Positions 19,980 through 30,496 are shown, counted from the stretch's first letter. The stretch: 64,000 nucleotides of DNA from an uncultured Acidobacteriota bacterium (GCA_963796275.1 CAWCKY010000006.1:2816001-2880000), one strand, 5' to 3'. The notes: generated from the letters alone by a model not told the origin. Made by a program: numbers and translations.

Positions 19980-21017
19980 TTACTTTAGTTTGTTGTCCAA
20001 CTCCAGACGTCGATGAGCCTGCATCAAGACACAGAGCATGAGGCGTCCGATGTCATCGCGTCGCTCAGCGTATTTCGCAGCCTCAAACTCAGCGCCGTCA
20101 TACTCCTTCGGGTCGGCGTATGGCGCCGAGATTCTTTTGACAGCTCCCTTAACAATCGGACATTCGGCGTCCGCTTGATTGCAAACCATAATGGCAGCAA
20201 AACCGCTCTGGGGATTATTAACGTCGGAGTAAATCTTCGAGAACTCCAAAGTCTCCAGTCCCGTTCCCCACCGGATTCGGTAGATCGGATTTGCTTCACC
20301 GGAACTCCCACGGGAAGCTTCCTTCCCTGATGGCTCCACCTCGACGCCGATCTCCTTGAGAGTCGCTACTGTCCTCGGGTTGAACGCGCTTGGCGTTGTG
20401 CCGCCGCTGTAGAAGTAAATGTCCGGCAGCCCGTAATAGGCTGCGGCGATGTTGCCCATCGTCGAGCCCAGGATGCTACGCCGAGAATTGCCAGTGCAGA
20501 CGACGATGACAGCCAGGGGCTTGCCGGGCTGGTAGTTCGTGCTGATCCAAGCTACCAACTCGTCCGCCGCCGCGCGGTGGCGCTCTTCGATCAGATCGAA
20601 CTGAGTGGTAAGCAGATCGGCCTGACGCCGGACCTTCAAGAACATATCTTCGCGGGAGCGTGGTGTTTTTTCATTTAACATGCGTTCCATCTCCGGCAGA
20701 GTGATGTAGTCATTGGCGCTTGCGAAGCTCTGGAAAACACGTTTCTCAAACACCTCGCTCACCAGATTCCAGGATAGTCCCGCCTTCTTGGCTCGTAGAG
20801 TTTCGCCCAAAGTGGTTTTGAGCTGGCGGTCTTTGCTCGGTGTCAGCGCATGTGGCTCCGCGTACAGGTGCGAAAACCATAAAGCCGTGACCAGCGGGTT
20901 GCCAGGCTTACCCGCTGGTTGAATTTTAACCGCCCGAGCCGGCATTTGTGTGGCGAGAATACAGAGCGTGACAGCGCCAGCTAAGATAATCCCTCGTCGA
21001 ATCATGCCGTTGGTCAC
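19980..21017 (-). CDS. LMW-PTPase/arsenate reductase-like protein with signal peptide and N-terminal extension
   Basis: VCTGNSRRS P-loop, YSGGT..AFNPR, CPIV.GA and DPK motifs. Confidence 0.75.
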   Translation of the reverse strand: MTNGMIRRGIILAGAVTLCILATQMPARAVKIQPAGKPGNPLVTALWFSHLYAEPHALTPSKDRQLKTTLGETLRAKKAGLSWNLVSEVFEKRVFQSFASANDYITLPEMERMLNEKTPRSREDMFLKVRRQADLLTTQFDLIEERHRAAADELVAWISTNYQPGKPLAVIVVCTGNSRRSILGSTMGNIAAAYYGLPDIYFYSGGTTPSAFNPRTVATLKEIGVEVEPSGKEASRGSSGEANPIYRIRWGTGLETLEFSKIYSDVNNPQSGFAAIMVCNQADAECPIVKGAVKRISAPYADPKEYDGAEFEAAKYAERRDDIGRLMLCVLMQAHRRLELDNKLK

Positions 21018-21130
21018 TCAAAATAAACAGGATCGATTGCCGCCTAACTTCAGATAGGCCGCCACCACCTGGATTCCCGGAATGATTTCGACTCCGCGTC
21101 TCCGAAGCTTAAATCATTCCGGAATATTGT

Positions 21131-21607
21131 TTAACTCTTCGTGATACCGACGAAGCCTGGTATCGATGCGCCACAGCACTCGCCGATTGCCGCCCCGCTT
21201 TCCTCGGGCAGGTTGTCTTCCAGGACGACGAACACCTCCCACTCATTGCCATCAGGATCGGTGACCCAAGTCTTGTCCTGAATCGCGTAACAGCAGTTGG
21301 TTTGCATCTCGTCGCGGGTATCGAGTCCCGCTATCGCCCATTGCTCCCGCATTGCAAGGACGTCATCGGTCGAAGCAACCTGAATCCCCATGTGGGAGAG
21401 TGCGCCGCGTTCGTTGAAAGATATTTCATTCAGGGCGAGGTTGAGTGGCGGGTTTTGCACATCAAACTTGGCGTAACCCGTCCTGACCTTGCTCGGCTCA
21501 ATCCCCAGCATCTTTTTGTAAAACTCCACGCTTTGCTCGACGTTACGGACGTTGAGAGCGACATGAGCCTTGATCGTCTGCACAGTTCTGGTATTTTTAG
21601 CGTTCAC
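21131..21607 (-). CDS. ArsI/CadI-family VOC (glyoxalase-like) metalloenzyme
   Basis: HVALNV, GYAKF..NPPLNL, CCYA.QDK.WV.DPDGN.WE motifs. Confidence 0.9.
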   Translation of the reverse strand: MNAKNTRTVQTIKAHVALNVRNVEQSVEFYKKMLGIEPSKVRTGYAKFDVQNPPLNLALNEISFNERGALSHMGIQVASTDDVLAMREQWAIAGLDTRDEMQTNCCYAIQDKTWVTDPDGNEWEVFVVLEDNLPEESGAAIGECCGASIPGFVGITKS

Positions 21608-21710
21608 CTTTGTCTCCTTCTACGCTCTGATTATCGAGCGTGTCTTCAGACTAGCAGTGAAAAATATATGCGTCAAGGCGAATATGTTTTAGTGATATCA
21701 TGATTGTGTT

Positions 21711-22110
21711 ATGAGCCGAGCAAATAAGAGTTTCGACCTCGAAAAATTCTTCGTCGCGCTTTCCGACCGCAATCGCCTACGCTTGATTAACCTGATGGGG
21801 GACGATGAGGTCTGTGTGTGCTTCTTCAGCGAAATTCTGAAGATGCCGCAGCCGAGGGTCTCGCGGCATCTCGCCTACCTGCGCCATGCCGGGAATAGTG
21901 GTGGCCCGTCGGGAAGGGAAATGGATGCACTACCGCCTCATTCCTCCGACCGACGAACATGCTTCGCATATCCTTCAAAACGTGCGCGAATATCTTTCGG
22001 GTAATCGAGAGATGCAGCAGGATCGGGCGCGCCTGATCAATATCTGCTGCGCGCCGTCGCTTCCGGTGCAGTTGCAAGGCGCGCCACTCCCCGCAAGTTT
22101 ACAGGTCTGA
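21711..22110 (+). pseudogene. arsR: ArsR repressor (frameshift near 21890)
   Basis: ALSDRNRLRL..EVCVC..VSRHLAYLR, continuing VVARREGKWMHY in another frame; divergent from the ars genes. Confidence 0.85.
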
Positions 22111-22194
22111 GCGGACATTAGTTTCGGCGTGAAAAACCGGCCGCCGGGTGGTCAGAGAAATCGAGGTTGAAGAAATTGTTGGATCAAATCTGAC

Positions 22195-22718
22195 ATGAAA
22201 TATCACACCAGTTTACTGAGCTTTATCCGGCGCCGCGTCGATGTCGCTGATCTTGCCGAGGACATCCTTCAAGACGTTTTCATCAAGGCCCATTCAAGGT
22301 TGGACACGCTGGCGCATGCGGATCGGGTGCAGAGCTGGATTTACCAGATCGCGCGCAACACGATCATTGATTATTACCGCACCCGTAAAAGCACCGAGCC
22401 GCTTCCCGATGAAATTCCGGAGCGGCTGGAACAAGGAGATCAGGGATGGCGGGAGTTGGAAAATGCGTGGCGCCAATGATCGAGATGCTTCCCACAGGCT
22501 ACCGAGATGCGCTAATGCTCTCCGAGGTCGATGGCCTGCCCCTCAAGGAGGTGGCAGAGCGGCTGAACCTCTCACTGCCCGGCGCGAAATCGCGTGTTCA
22601 GCGGGGTCGAGAGAAGCTTAAAAAAGTATTTCTGGATTGCTGTCATTTCGAGTTCGATTGTCGCGGGAAGCCGATCGACTGGTCTCCAAAAAATGGTTGC
22701 AAAAGCATCTCCTGCTAA
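22195..22718 (+). pseudogene. SigZ-like ECF sigma factor (frameshift near 22460)
   Basis: AEDILQDVFIK..WIYQIARN; GAKSRVQRGR..CCHFEFD. Confidence 0.85.
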
Positions 22719-22811
22719 ATTTGTTTCTTCAGCCTTGCATCTTTTCACTATCTCTTTCGTCTCTCCGGTTGGCGGGCGATTAATCCCGTTAATATCGAGG
22801 TACGAAGGGAA

Positions 22812-23577
22812 ATGAATATGAATGTTTTGTTTCGCTCGGCAATGTTTCTTTGTCTATTGACGCCTCTCTTCCTGGCGCAGGATCCGCTGAGGCTTACAAG
22901 CTCGAATTCGAGAACGAGTGGGTGAGAGTAATGCGTGACTACTACGGCCCGCGCGAGAAAACCCCGGCACACGACCACACTCAGCTTGCGGCCGCCTACA
23001 TCTATCTGAACGACGGCGGCCCGTCATTTTCAAGCACATCGGTCTGGACTATGGCCCCGTAACCAGACCAGCGACGAAAGCCGGGAGCTTTCGTATTTAC
23101 AAGGCCATTAAAGAAGTTCATGAGGTCGAAAATACATCAGACCTGCCGAGTGATTTTCTGAGGGTTGAATTCAAGACCAGGATCGTTGACGAGAAGACCT
23201 TATGCGGCCGTTTCCATCGTGAGACCTGGCCTGCCGACGAAAATTTCGAGAAGACACAGTTTGAGGATGAGCAGATTCGTGTCAGACGATTGGTCTGCAA
23301 CCCAGGTAAAAAGCTCGAAGTTCCTGCGGGCGCGTCGTGGCCTGCGCTGCTGGTTGCGTTATCCACGGCGCGTCTTAATATGGCCGGCCAAGGAGGCAAT
23401 ATCTCAAGATTGAGCCTTGAACTTGGACAGACAGGTTGGCAGCCAGCTAGCCAGCGGATGCAACTGGACACTCTGGGTAGCGCGCCAGCCGAGTTGCTCC
23501 AGTTTGAGTTCAAGACTGAGCCCGTCGGTCGTCAGGGTGGAAAGTCAAAAGCGCACGATCTCCGCACAATTAGGTAA
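22812..23577 (+). pseudogene. Secreted cupin-like protein, frameshifted
   Basis: Signal peptide, AQDP, LEFENEWVRV..HDH and HEVEN.SD..FLRVEFK across frames. Confidence 0.6.
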
Positions 23578-23675
23578 GGACAGCCGTGCTTACCAGTTCA
23601 CCCCATAACATCAACGAGGAAACACGCATACTTCATCATCAATCTAGTTATGGAGACAATAGAAAGAAGGTGATT

Positions 23676-23830
23676 ATGTCAGAATTGATTATCGATGCAG
23701 TACGTTCAAGGTATGGGGCTATCGCGAAGAGCGGCCTCTCGAGGGATCACGACAAGGTGCGAGCCGTGGCTGAAGCGTTTGGTTATGCACCAGAAGAACT
23801 GGCCTCTATTCCGACTGAAGCGAACATGGC
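23676..23830 (+). pseudogene. arsM: Arsenite methyltransferase N-terminal relic
   Basis: AVRSRYG..GY..EELASIP.EANM; truncated before the GLSCG motif. Confidence 0.7.
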
Positions 23831-23985
23831 ACTACCTTTCGCCGGATCACAAGCGGAGCGCCACCGAACTGCCGCTGCAATAGCCCATAGCTGATGATGA
23901 CAATGCCGTTCTTTTCCGAAGCGTTTTCTGTCGTGAAATCGCGACCCAACAGCGGTTTGATACCGAGCGTCCGATTGCCCCACTC
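23831..23985 (-). pseudogene. ADOP/MacB-type ABC permease internal fragment
   Basis: LGIKPLLGRDF...VIISYGL.QRQFGG. Confidence 0.65.
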
Positions 23986-24021
23986 ATGTGACTGCAAACC
24001 GCTGTAGGAGCGCGATGCCCT

Positions 24022-27015
24022 TTATGGCGCCGGTGTCACAAAGCGAATAGTGTAGCGCACGGAGTTAGTTTCATTTCTATCCCACAGGATGAGCGTGGCC
24101 TTGCCGTTCACGGAAGCCGCGTCGAGAACCCGGGAGCGGAAACGGTGATCATGAGGCCGGACATCGGGGACTTCGGTCGTTCCCGCCGGCAATGTGACGG
24201 TGTATTCAAATACGTTGGGCAAGAAGGTCTCGAGCAAACGGTTATTGATCATGATCCCTTTCACCACCGGCAGGTCCGTTTCGAGGCGAGCCTCGTCGAG
24301 CGCGCCGCCGCCGACCGGCGTGCGCTCGATACGCTGCACGGCGATCGGTCCGAGGCGATCGGTGAGCTGTTGCAGATAGAGGCTGCGCGGTTCAAGGTGT
24401 TGGCCGAGCGATTCAATCCAGCCGTCGGGCCGCGGCCGCGGATCCGTGGCGTTCGGCACAAAACCGGGGACTTTGCTGCCTACGTGGCCGAACGAGTAGT
24501 TTTGCGCGGTTGGGGGTTGTTGCACGGTAATGATCCCGTTTGAATTCCATGTTACATAGTTCGCGCCCGACCAGCCGTGGCCGGTGCCGAACCATGCGCG
24601 ATCCTGGATGGCGATGCCCGCCGTTATGTTGTCGTACAGCCCGCCAACCGACCAACGATGATGTGGCTCGCTGGTGGCGAATTCATTGATCGAGTCGCTG
24701 TCGAGGAAGACGTTCACGCCCGGGACGCGGGAATCAACCACATAGGCGTGACGCGCCGTTTCCGCATGATTGCGCTGAACGAGCGTCAATTGCCCCGCGA
24801 GTTTGAAGTTATAACGACGTTCGCCAGTGATCAGGCTGACCATATCGATGGCCGCGCTGTCCTGGATCGTCACCCATTTGGCCTGGCTGCTTACATTGAC
24901 CAGCGCATGCTCCAGATGCAAGGTCGTGACCTCGCGGACCCAGGCGTTTTTGACATTGTTGATCGCGGCGAAGATTCGGGCGTGGTCTTCGTCGGCGAAA
25001 TAGGTAACGCCGGCGTTGACCGCAGTCACGGCCGGATTGAATTGGACATCGACGCGCAACTGCTCGACGCCGACCTGCTCGATGCGGTCCGGATCGTCAT
25101 AGCGAATGATTTCGCCGCCTCCCCAGCGCTGCTCGATGGCGTTCGGAATCGGGGCGTCAAGCGTGATCAGATTTCCGTCGATGGAGGTGATGACGCGATC
25201 GAAATCGAGATTGAAGGGCTCGAACTGGACAATATCCGGCGTCACCCGCACGATCTGATCCATCAGGATCGCATGGATCCAGCGATCATTGCCGACGCGA
25301 CGGACCACGACCGAATCGCCCACCGAGAAACCATTCGCGCCGCTCACGTGTAATTGGTGCGTTCCGGATGGCGCGTACAGATCGGTGATCGGCTTGCGCA
25401 GCGGTAGTAAGGTCCTGCCGCCCGAACCGCGAATTTCCAGAACATTCCGCTTGGCCGTGCCCGTAGCGAACAGGACCGTTCCATCCTCGCCTTGTCCTTC
25501 GCCGCGCAGGACCACGCCGCTTGCGCGAATCACGAGCGTCGTCCCCACTTCATAGCGGCCTTGTTTGAGCAGAACGGCGCCGCGAATGCCTTCGGCGTTC
25601 TGTGGCATCGCGGAAACCTGGTCGATGGCCGCCTGGATGCGGGCGCTGTTGTCTCCATCGGCCGGCTCGAGCACGACGCGCGCCTGCACGTTTGGCAGCG
25701 CAACCCCGCCGCCGCCATAGCCGGCGTTCGAGAAATCGAGCGGCCGATTGCCCTTGTAATCCGGCGCATACCCCAGCTTCCCGCTCGAGCCCATAAACAC
25801 TACACTGCTTTGCCCGGCCGGCGGCTGGCCGCTGGCCGTGACGCTAAATGTGAACATGTCATAGGCGATCGGTTGTCCCGGCCGAATCAGCGCCAGGTTA
25901 AGCCTGTACAGGCCCGGCTGACGCGCCATCCCACGCAGCGGAATCGTCGCCGGAACGCCGGGCAGCAGGATCGATGCGGTCAGATCGACTACGCCTTGCC
26001 AGACGGGATTCTCAAAGTCCGAAGGGGCAGACCGCGTGAGTGTGCCGATCAGCACGCAGACGGAATAAGAGGTCGCCTTCAAGGAAGGATAGGCCGCGCC
26101 GACCGGAATCACGGCCGGCCGGCCGATCGCCGTTTCCATCGTTGGGTGCGACAGCGTGAGCTCCGCAACGATCTGGGCCGGATCATAACTGTCGATCCAG
26201 ACCGTGGTATCACGGCCGACGCCGTCCAGGGTCGCAGCGACCGTGATCAGGGCGACGCCCTGTTGCAGGGCCGCGATCGATACGTTGTTCCCCGTAGTCG
26301 TCGGCGAGATGATTGTCGGTTTGGGGCTCGTCGCCGTAACCGTCGCGTTTTCCAGCGTCACGTCCTGGCCGTTTGTGAGCCGACCGCGCAATGTCAGCGG
26401 GACCGAAGCCCCTTTGGCGACCGTAAAGGTCTCGGCCGGCGCGAGCGTGCGCCCGTCGCCCGCAACTAGAAACACGCGCGAAAGCGAGGGCGTCGAGGAA
26501 TAAAGCTCAAATTCGTTTAATTGGAAATTGGCCGTTGGAACGCTGAGTACAAATTCCAACCGTACATAACGCGCGATGACGTCCGCGAAAGAGGTTCGGT
26601 CGATTTGATCGAACGTCTGGTCCGGTCTGAATTTCGAGAATACTGGCTGCCAGGTTGCATTGTCGTCCGAGCGAAGAACGCGGAAGCCGTTGACGCTTCC
26701 CAGATTGGTGCGGAAATTCAAAACGATTTCATTGAAGGGGGTTGCGCCCCCTAGATCGACGCCGATCCAAACCATGGCGTCGTCCGAGCGATCCGCCGCC
26801 AGCGGCTGCCAGAACGTGGCGACATTGCCGTCCACGGCGCTGGTCGCGCGGCCGGCCGTGATGTCCGAACTTCTCAGGACGGCTCGTCCCAGCGCGAGAT
26901 TGCCGGACTGCGCAAGCGCCTGCAGCGCGGCCAAATGGACGACCAAGAGCGCGGCGATGATGGGGATTGGAGACCAGGCTCCGTTAAGGGCGCGTTGAGT
27001 TATGTGTTTAGTCAT
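24022..27015 (-). CDS. Secreted polysaccharide lyase-like beta-helix protein with an F5/8 (discoidin) domain
   Basis: NLALGR..AVDGN..W..VDLG; DFSNAGY.GG..IQAAID..GAVLL..G.Y; HHRWS.G.LYDN. Confidence 0.75.
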   Translation of the reverse strand: MTKHITQRALNGAWSPIPIIAALLVVHLAALQALAQSGNLALGRAVLRSSDITAGRATSAVDGNVATFWQPLAADRSDDAMVWIGVDLGGATPFNEIVLNFRTNLGSVNGFRVLRSDDNATWQPVFSKFRPDQTFDQIDRTSFADVIARYVRLEFVLSVPTANFQLNEFELYSSTPSLSRVFLVAGDGRTLAPAETFTVAKGASVPLTLRGRLTNGQDVTLENATVTATSPKPTIISPTTTGNNVSIAALQQGVALITVAATLDGVGRDTTVWIDSYDPAQIVAELTLSHPTMETAIGRPAVIPVGAAYPSLKATSYSVCVLIGTLTRSAPSDFENPVWQGVVDLTASILLPGVPATIPLRGMARQPGLYRLNLALIRPGQPIAYDMFTFSVTASGQPPAGQSSVVFMGSSGKLGYAPDYKGNRPLDFSNAGYGGGGVALPNVQARVVLEPADGDNSARIQAAIDQVSAMPQNAEGIRGAVLLKQGRYEVGTTLVIRASGVVLRGEGQGEDGTVLFATGTAKRNVLEIRGSGGRTLLPLRKPITDLYAPSGTHQLHVSGANGFSVGDSVVVRRVGNDRWIHAILMDQIVRVTPDIVQFEPFNLDFDRVITSIDGNLITLDAPIPNAIEQRWGGGEIIRYDDPDRIEQVGVEQLRVDVQFNPAVTAVNAGVTYFADEDHARIFAAINNVKNAWVREVTTLHLEHALVNVSSQAKWVTIQDSAAIDMVSLITGERRYNFKLAGQLTLVQRNHAETARHAYVVDSRVPGVNVFLDSDSINEFATSEPHHRWSVGGLYDNITAGIAIQDRAWFGTGHGWSGANYVTWNSNGIITVQQPPTAQNYSFGHVGSKVPGFVPNATDPRPRPDGWIESLGQHLEPRSLYLQQLTDRLGPIAVQRIERTPVGGGALDEARLETDLPVVKGIMINNRLLETFLPNVFEYTVTLPAGTTEVPDVRPHDHRFRSRVLDAASVNGKATLILWDRNETNSVRYTIRFVTPAP

Positions 27016-27454
27016 GTGGAACCTCCTGAATGGCCTGTTTTGCAGACGCATGCGCCGTTCGTCTCACGGCTCTCGTAATGGCCTCCCAATTATTTACACT
27101 GAGGCAGGCAAGATTGATCCAATAAGACAAAGAACCGAAACCAGGCGCCACGTAAGCAAGAGAGCCTTAATATCTATCTTGGATTCGAATTTATATCTGC
27201 TGTCCGCAAGCAAAGAAACCCATACTTATGACGTATGCAGACCGAAGAGCGCCAGTTCGGGCTTCGCGCGCTCGATCAATTCAACCGCTTCCGCTTGTCA
27301 CAAGGACACCGATGAGAAGCGAATAGTGGACGCCGTGTGATTGGCCATATATTAACGACGTTACTCTGTCGGGCCTGGATCAGACCCAGGACACTTCACC
27401 GCGGCAAGATCGCCTGCTCTATATTGAAGATGCTTCAATTGCCGCGTTTTGTTT

Positions 27455-27580
27455 GACGGGTGAAGAATTTTTTCGGGGGATCTTCGACGGTGTGACGCCT
27501 GGATCGTTGCTGGCGCACTGCGGCATGGGAATCTGCCTGACGCTGGCGCGCCACCTGGTCGAGATGCAGGCGGCAAAATT
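27455..27580 (+). pseudogene. Histidine kinase HATPase C-terminal relic
   Basis: IFD...GMGICLTLARHLVEM resembles the G2 box. Confidence 0.45.
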
Positions 27581-27771
27581 GAGGCCCACAGCGCAAAGGA
27601 TTCCTTCAATCTCGGAATGCAATCCACGATGTGGCTTCGGGAAGCCGCTTGCCAGGCATTTCAATTATCAAACCCGCTTCTTGAAGGAATACTGTTTTTC
27701 TTAGCCTGTTCCCTTGCCCGTCGTGAGCTTCGGTGGGCCAGGACGACAATGGGCGCCAGCCCACCGAAAGC

Positions 27772-28644
27772 TCACAGCCAATCCGCCGAAGACTCACAGA
27801 TGATATATCTGCAGGCGACCGGCCACGTCGCATGGAACGCTTTCATCGAAGTAAACCGTTCTTTACGCTCAGGTTGGCAGGCTCTGATCATGACTTCGTA
27901 GAGAGACCTACCGCCACGAAAGGGAGTGGGTTCCAAAGTCCCGTCCGACAAAAATACGGATATGACACGACCCATCGTAAAGACAGTCGTGACCTCCTCG
28001 ATTATCGCGCCAAGTTCGAACTCCTCAGGCGCCATGAATCGAGTCGATCCGAACATCCGCCCCATCTCGTTAGTGAAAGGCCGGTCGCGATAATTATCCA
28101 GGTCAATCAAGCGCATGGACTGCGTTGCAAAGTCATAGATCATCGCGCCGTCGTAGAAGTCCACCGCCACCCAGCCCAACTCCGCAGCAGATCGATGAAA
28201 GTCGAAGACGACATTCAGACCAGTGAGCAAGTCGGAAAAGGGAAGAGCCCGAAATCGCTGAAATGGTGATGCCGGATCGGCTCGCCGCGAGCGTTCTACA
28301 CCGAAGAGTTCTCCCGGGACCCACTCATAGACCAACATCGGACCATGCGGTGACTCGATGACATTAATCAACTTCGGGAGGCTGTGGTGGTCGACACGCC
28401 GGCGAAATGAGACGGCATTTCTGAGCAGCGCCACTCGCTGTTCGTGTGAGAGATGAGCTTTAGAATTCTCCGGCATTCCGGCCGTCTTCACGAAGAATCG
28501 TTTGTCATCGGCCAGCACCCCGTAAGAGATATTGCCTGAATCTTGGGTCCGTTCGTCAAATACTGCAAATACCTGTCCGGTAGATTGGAGAAAGTCGTCC
28601 GGGGACTGAGCGATCATTTGAGCCTCTATCAGAAAGTGATCCAT
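27772..28644 (-). CDS. Ser/Thr protein kinase-like protein
   Basis: FVK, LVYEW, DFYDG (catalytic loop variant), IDLD and GSTRFMAPEE. Confidence 0.8.
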   Translation of the reverse strand: MDHFLIEAQMIAQSPDDFLQSTGQVFAVFDERTQDSGNISYGVLADDKRFFVKTAGMPENSKAHLSHEQRVALLRNAVSFRRRVDHHSLPKLINVIESPHGPMLVYEWVPGELFGVERSRRADPASPFQRFRALPFSDLLTGLNVVFDFHRSAAELGWVAVDFYDGAMIYDFATQSMRLIDLDNYRDRPFTNEMGRMFGSTRFMAPEEFELGAIIEEVTTVFTMGRVISVFLSDGTLEPTPFRGGRSLYEVMIRACQPERKERFTSMKAFHATWPVACRYIICESSADWL

Positions 28645-28725
28645 TGGGACGACTGCTGACTGAGCCGGATTACTGTGGAAAAGACCAATGCGGTATAGCT
28701 AATTCGAAAATATTTTTTCGGGGCG

Positions 28726-28753
28726 AATGTGGAACTCAATGTGGAACACAATG
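28726..28753 (+). repeat. Direct repeats AATGTGGAAC(T/A)C, putative integrase arm-type sites (left)
   Basis: aatgtggaactc aatgtggaacac aatg. Confidence 0.65.
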
Positions 28754-28756
28754 AAA

Positions 28757-28779
28757 ACGGGCACCTTGTTGGTGCCCGT
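28757..28779 (-). terminator. Hairpin downstream of the tRNA fragment
   Basis: acgggcacc-aacaa-ggtgcccgt followed by tttc on the minus strand. Confidence 0.6.
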
Positions 28780-28798
28780 AAACTATTGATTCTAAAAG

Positions 28799-28855
28799 TC
28801 GGGACGGCGGGATTCGAACCCACAGCCTCTTGCACCCCAAAAAAGTGCGCTACCA
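28799..28855 (-). tRNA. 3' fragment of tRNA-Pro(GGG), degenerate (att core; not a functional tRNA)
   Basis: TGGTAGCGCACTT..TGGGGTGCAAG..GGTTCGAATCCCGCCGTCCCGA; 5' acceptor strand absent and anticodon stem mismatched. Confidence 0.8.
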
Positions 28856-28954
28856 TTTCCGGCCTTTTCCTGAATTGTCTCAGCTAGTCAAACCCCTATC
28901 AATACTTGTATTTAACATTTTCGGTGTTATCATCGGTTGCCCCACATGTTCGAT

Positions 28955-28982
28955 CCAATGTGTAACACCAATGTGTAACACC
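28955..28982 (+). repeat. Perfect 13-bp direct repeat CCAATGTGTAACA, putative arm-type sites (right)
   Basis: ccaatgtgtaaca ccaatgtgtaaca cc; shares the AATGTG.AAC.C core with 28726-28749. Confidence 0.7.
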
Positions 28983-29024
28983 TAGCTGAGGCAATAAACA
29001 AGGGTATTTCAGGAGCGGAAAGCA

Positions 29025-30344
29025 ATGAAAGCAAGAGAAGGCTATGTCGGGTACAACGAGCGACGCAAGCGATACTACGCCAGGGTGACCGCGACAGATC
29101 CTGTGACGGGCAAGCGAACTCAATTGATGAGGTTTGCCACGACAAAAACGGAGGCCTTAAAGAAGAAGCGCGAACTCCTCAACCAACTCGACAAAGACGG
29201 CCATGAATCTTTCGTAGGGGATCGCACGAGATTCGCTTATCTGGCGCGGAAGTTCAGGGAAGAGAAGTTGATACCGGCGGTTTACGTGGGCGAAAGGAAA
29301 ATCGCCGGACGTCGTGAACTCAGCGCGCCCCGCTCCTGGCTTTTGCAGCTGGAATATTACTTCGGTGAGATGAAGCTTCCTTCGATCACGGTCGGCGAGA
29401 TCAAGAAGTTCGCGATCTGGCTGTCTAAGATTCCTGCTCGCAGCACTATTGTTGAAGATGATAATGGAAAATTGGTTCTGAATATCAAGGAGAACGGCGG
29501 CCAGAGGAGTATTGAGTCCATCAATCGAGCGGTTGAACTATTGAGAACAGTGCTCAATTACGCGGTCGAGGAGAAGATGCTCCGAGAGGAACAGAATCCT
29601 TTCTCGAGGAAGAAGGCGAGATCATTAATCGACAGACGTGCCGAGTCAAAGCGCGAGCAATTGCCGACCTTCGGCGAAGAGATGGCGTTGCTCGAGGTTT
29701 GTACGGGAGATCGCGCTCATCTACGAGCAGTCCTTATTATCGCTGCTGATTCCGGTTTGAGAAGGAATGAACTCTTTACTCTTTCATGGAAAGAGAAGGA
29801 CATCGACTTTGAAAATCGGCTGATCAGACTCAGAGCTATCAACGCGAAATGGAATAAAGCAAGAACGATCCCGATGACGCAGCGTGCTTACGAAGAACTG
29901 TTGAAACTCAAAGAGCAGTATGGCGATCACCCATCGGGCCTTGTGTTTGGGGGCATCAAAGAGGTGAAAAGATCATTCAATACAGCATGTCGCCTGACGG
30001 GGATTGAAGACCTTCACAAACACGACCTCCGGCACGCATTCGTCACGCGCTCAATCCTGGCAGGCATACCACCGGCTGTGGTTTTGAAGGCCAGCGGCCA
30101 CAGTTCGGACGAATGGAAGCGATATCTCAATGTGACGCCGGATATGCTTCATGATTTGTTCACGCCCCTGAATGGTCAGGAAGCTGAGTCTGTCAAAGCT
30201 TACGGGTTTGAAGTGATGCGCCAGTTGACAGATGCGCTAATGGGATCTTGGAAGACAGGGGGAAACGGCGCATTTTTCCAAGAACTGCGTGCCAAAGTTG
30301 CAATGCCAACTGGATCAGGTCAACGCCAGGCGCAAATGCCATAA
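29025..30344 (+). CDS. Phage-type tyrosine integrase, full length
   Basis: N-terminal arm-binding-like region, GLRRNE, HDLRH, SGH and KRY; next to the tRNA fragment. Confidence 0.92.
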   Translation: MKAREGYVGYNERRKRYYARVTATDPVTGKRTQLMRFATTKTEALKKKRELLNQLDKDGHESFVGDRTRFAYLARKFREEKLIPAVYVGERKIAGRRELSAPRSWLLQLEYYFGEMKLPSITVGEIKKFAIWLSKIPARSTIVEDDNGKLVLNIKENGGQRSIESINRAVELLRTVLNYAVEEKMLREEQNPFSRKKARSLIDRRAESKREQLPTFGEEMALLEVCTGDRAHLRAVLIIAADSGLRRNELFTLSWKEKDIDFENRLIRLRAINAKWNKARTIPMTQRAYEELLKLKEQYGDHPSGLVFGGIKEVKRSFNTACRLTGIEDLHKHDLRHAFVTRSILAGIPPAVVLKASGHSSDEWKRYLNVTPDMLHDLFTPLNGQEAESVKAYGFEVMRQLTDALMGSWKTGGNGAFFQELRAKVAMPTGSGQRQAQMP

Positions 30345-30496
30345 TTATGGGTGGAATAATTTGCTCCATTGAGTCGTGTAAGGCTGCTACGCGAAACGTG
30401 CAGTCAGATTTTTGTCGCTGCGAGGCGCGTTCCCGATCATTGGAGAGCCGGCTCATCCGGGCGTATACTTTATTCGATTATGACATTTGATCGCTG

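Noticed and set aside
28799-28855. Functional tRNA-Pro
   Set aside because: The 5' acceptor strand is missing and the anticodon stem is mismatched; treated as an att core
28726-28982. CRISPR or iteron array
   Set aside because: Only two abutting 12-13 bp copies per cluster and no spacers; no cas or rep gene. No CRISPR array was seen anywhere in the window
29025-30344. Integron integrase (IntI) serving the attC sites
   Set aside because: No evident IntI-specific insertion, has an arm-binding-like N-terminus, and is tRNA-associated
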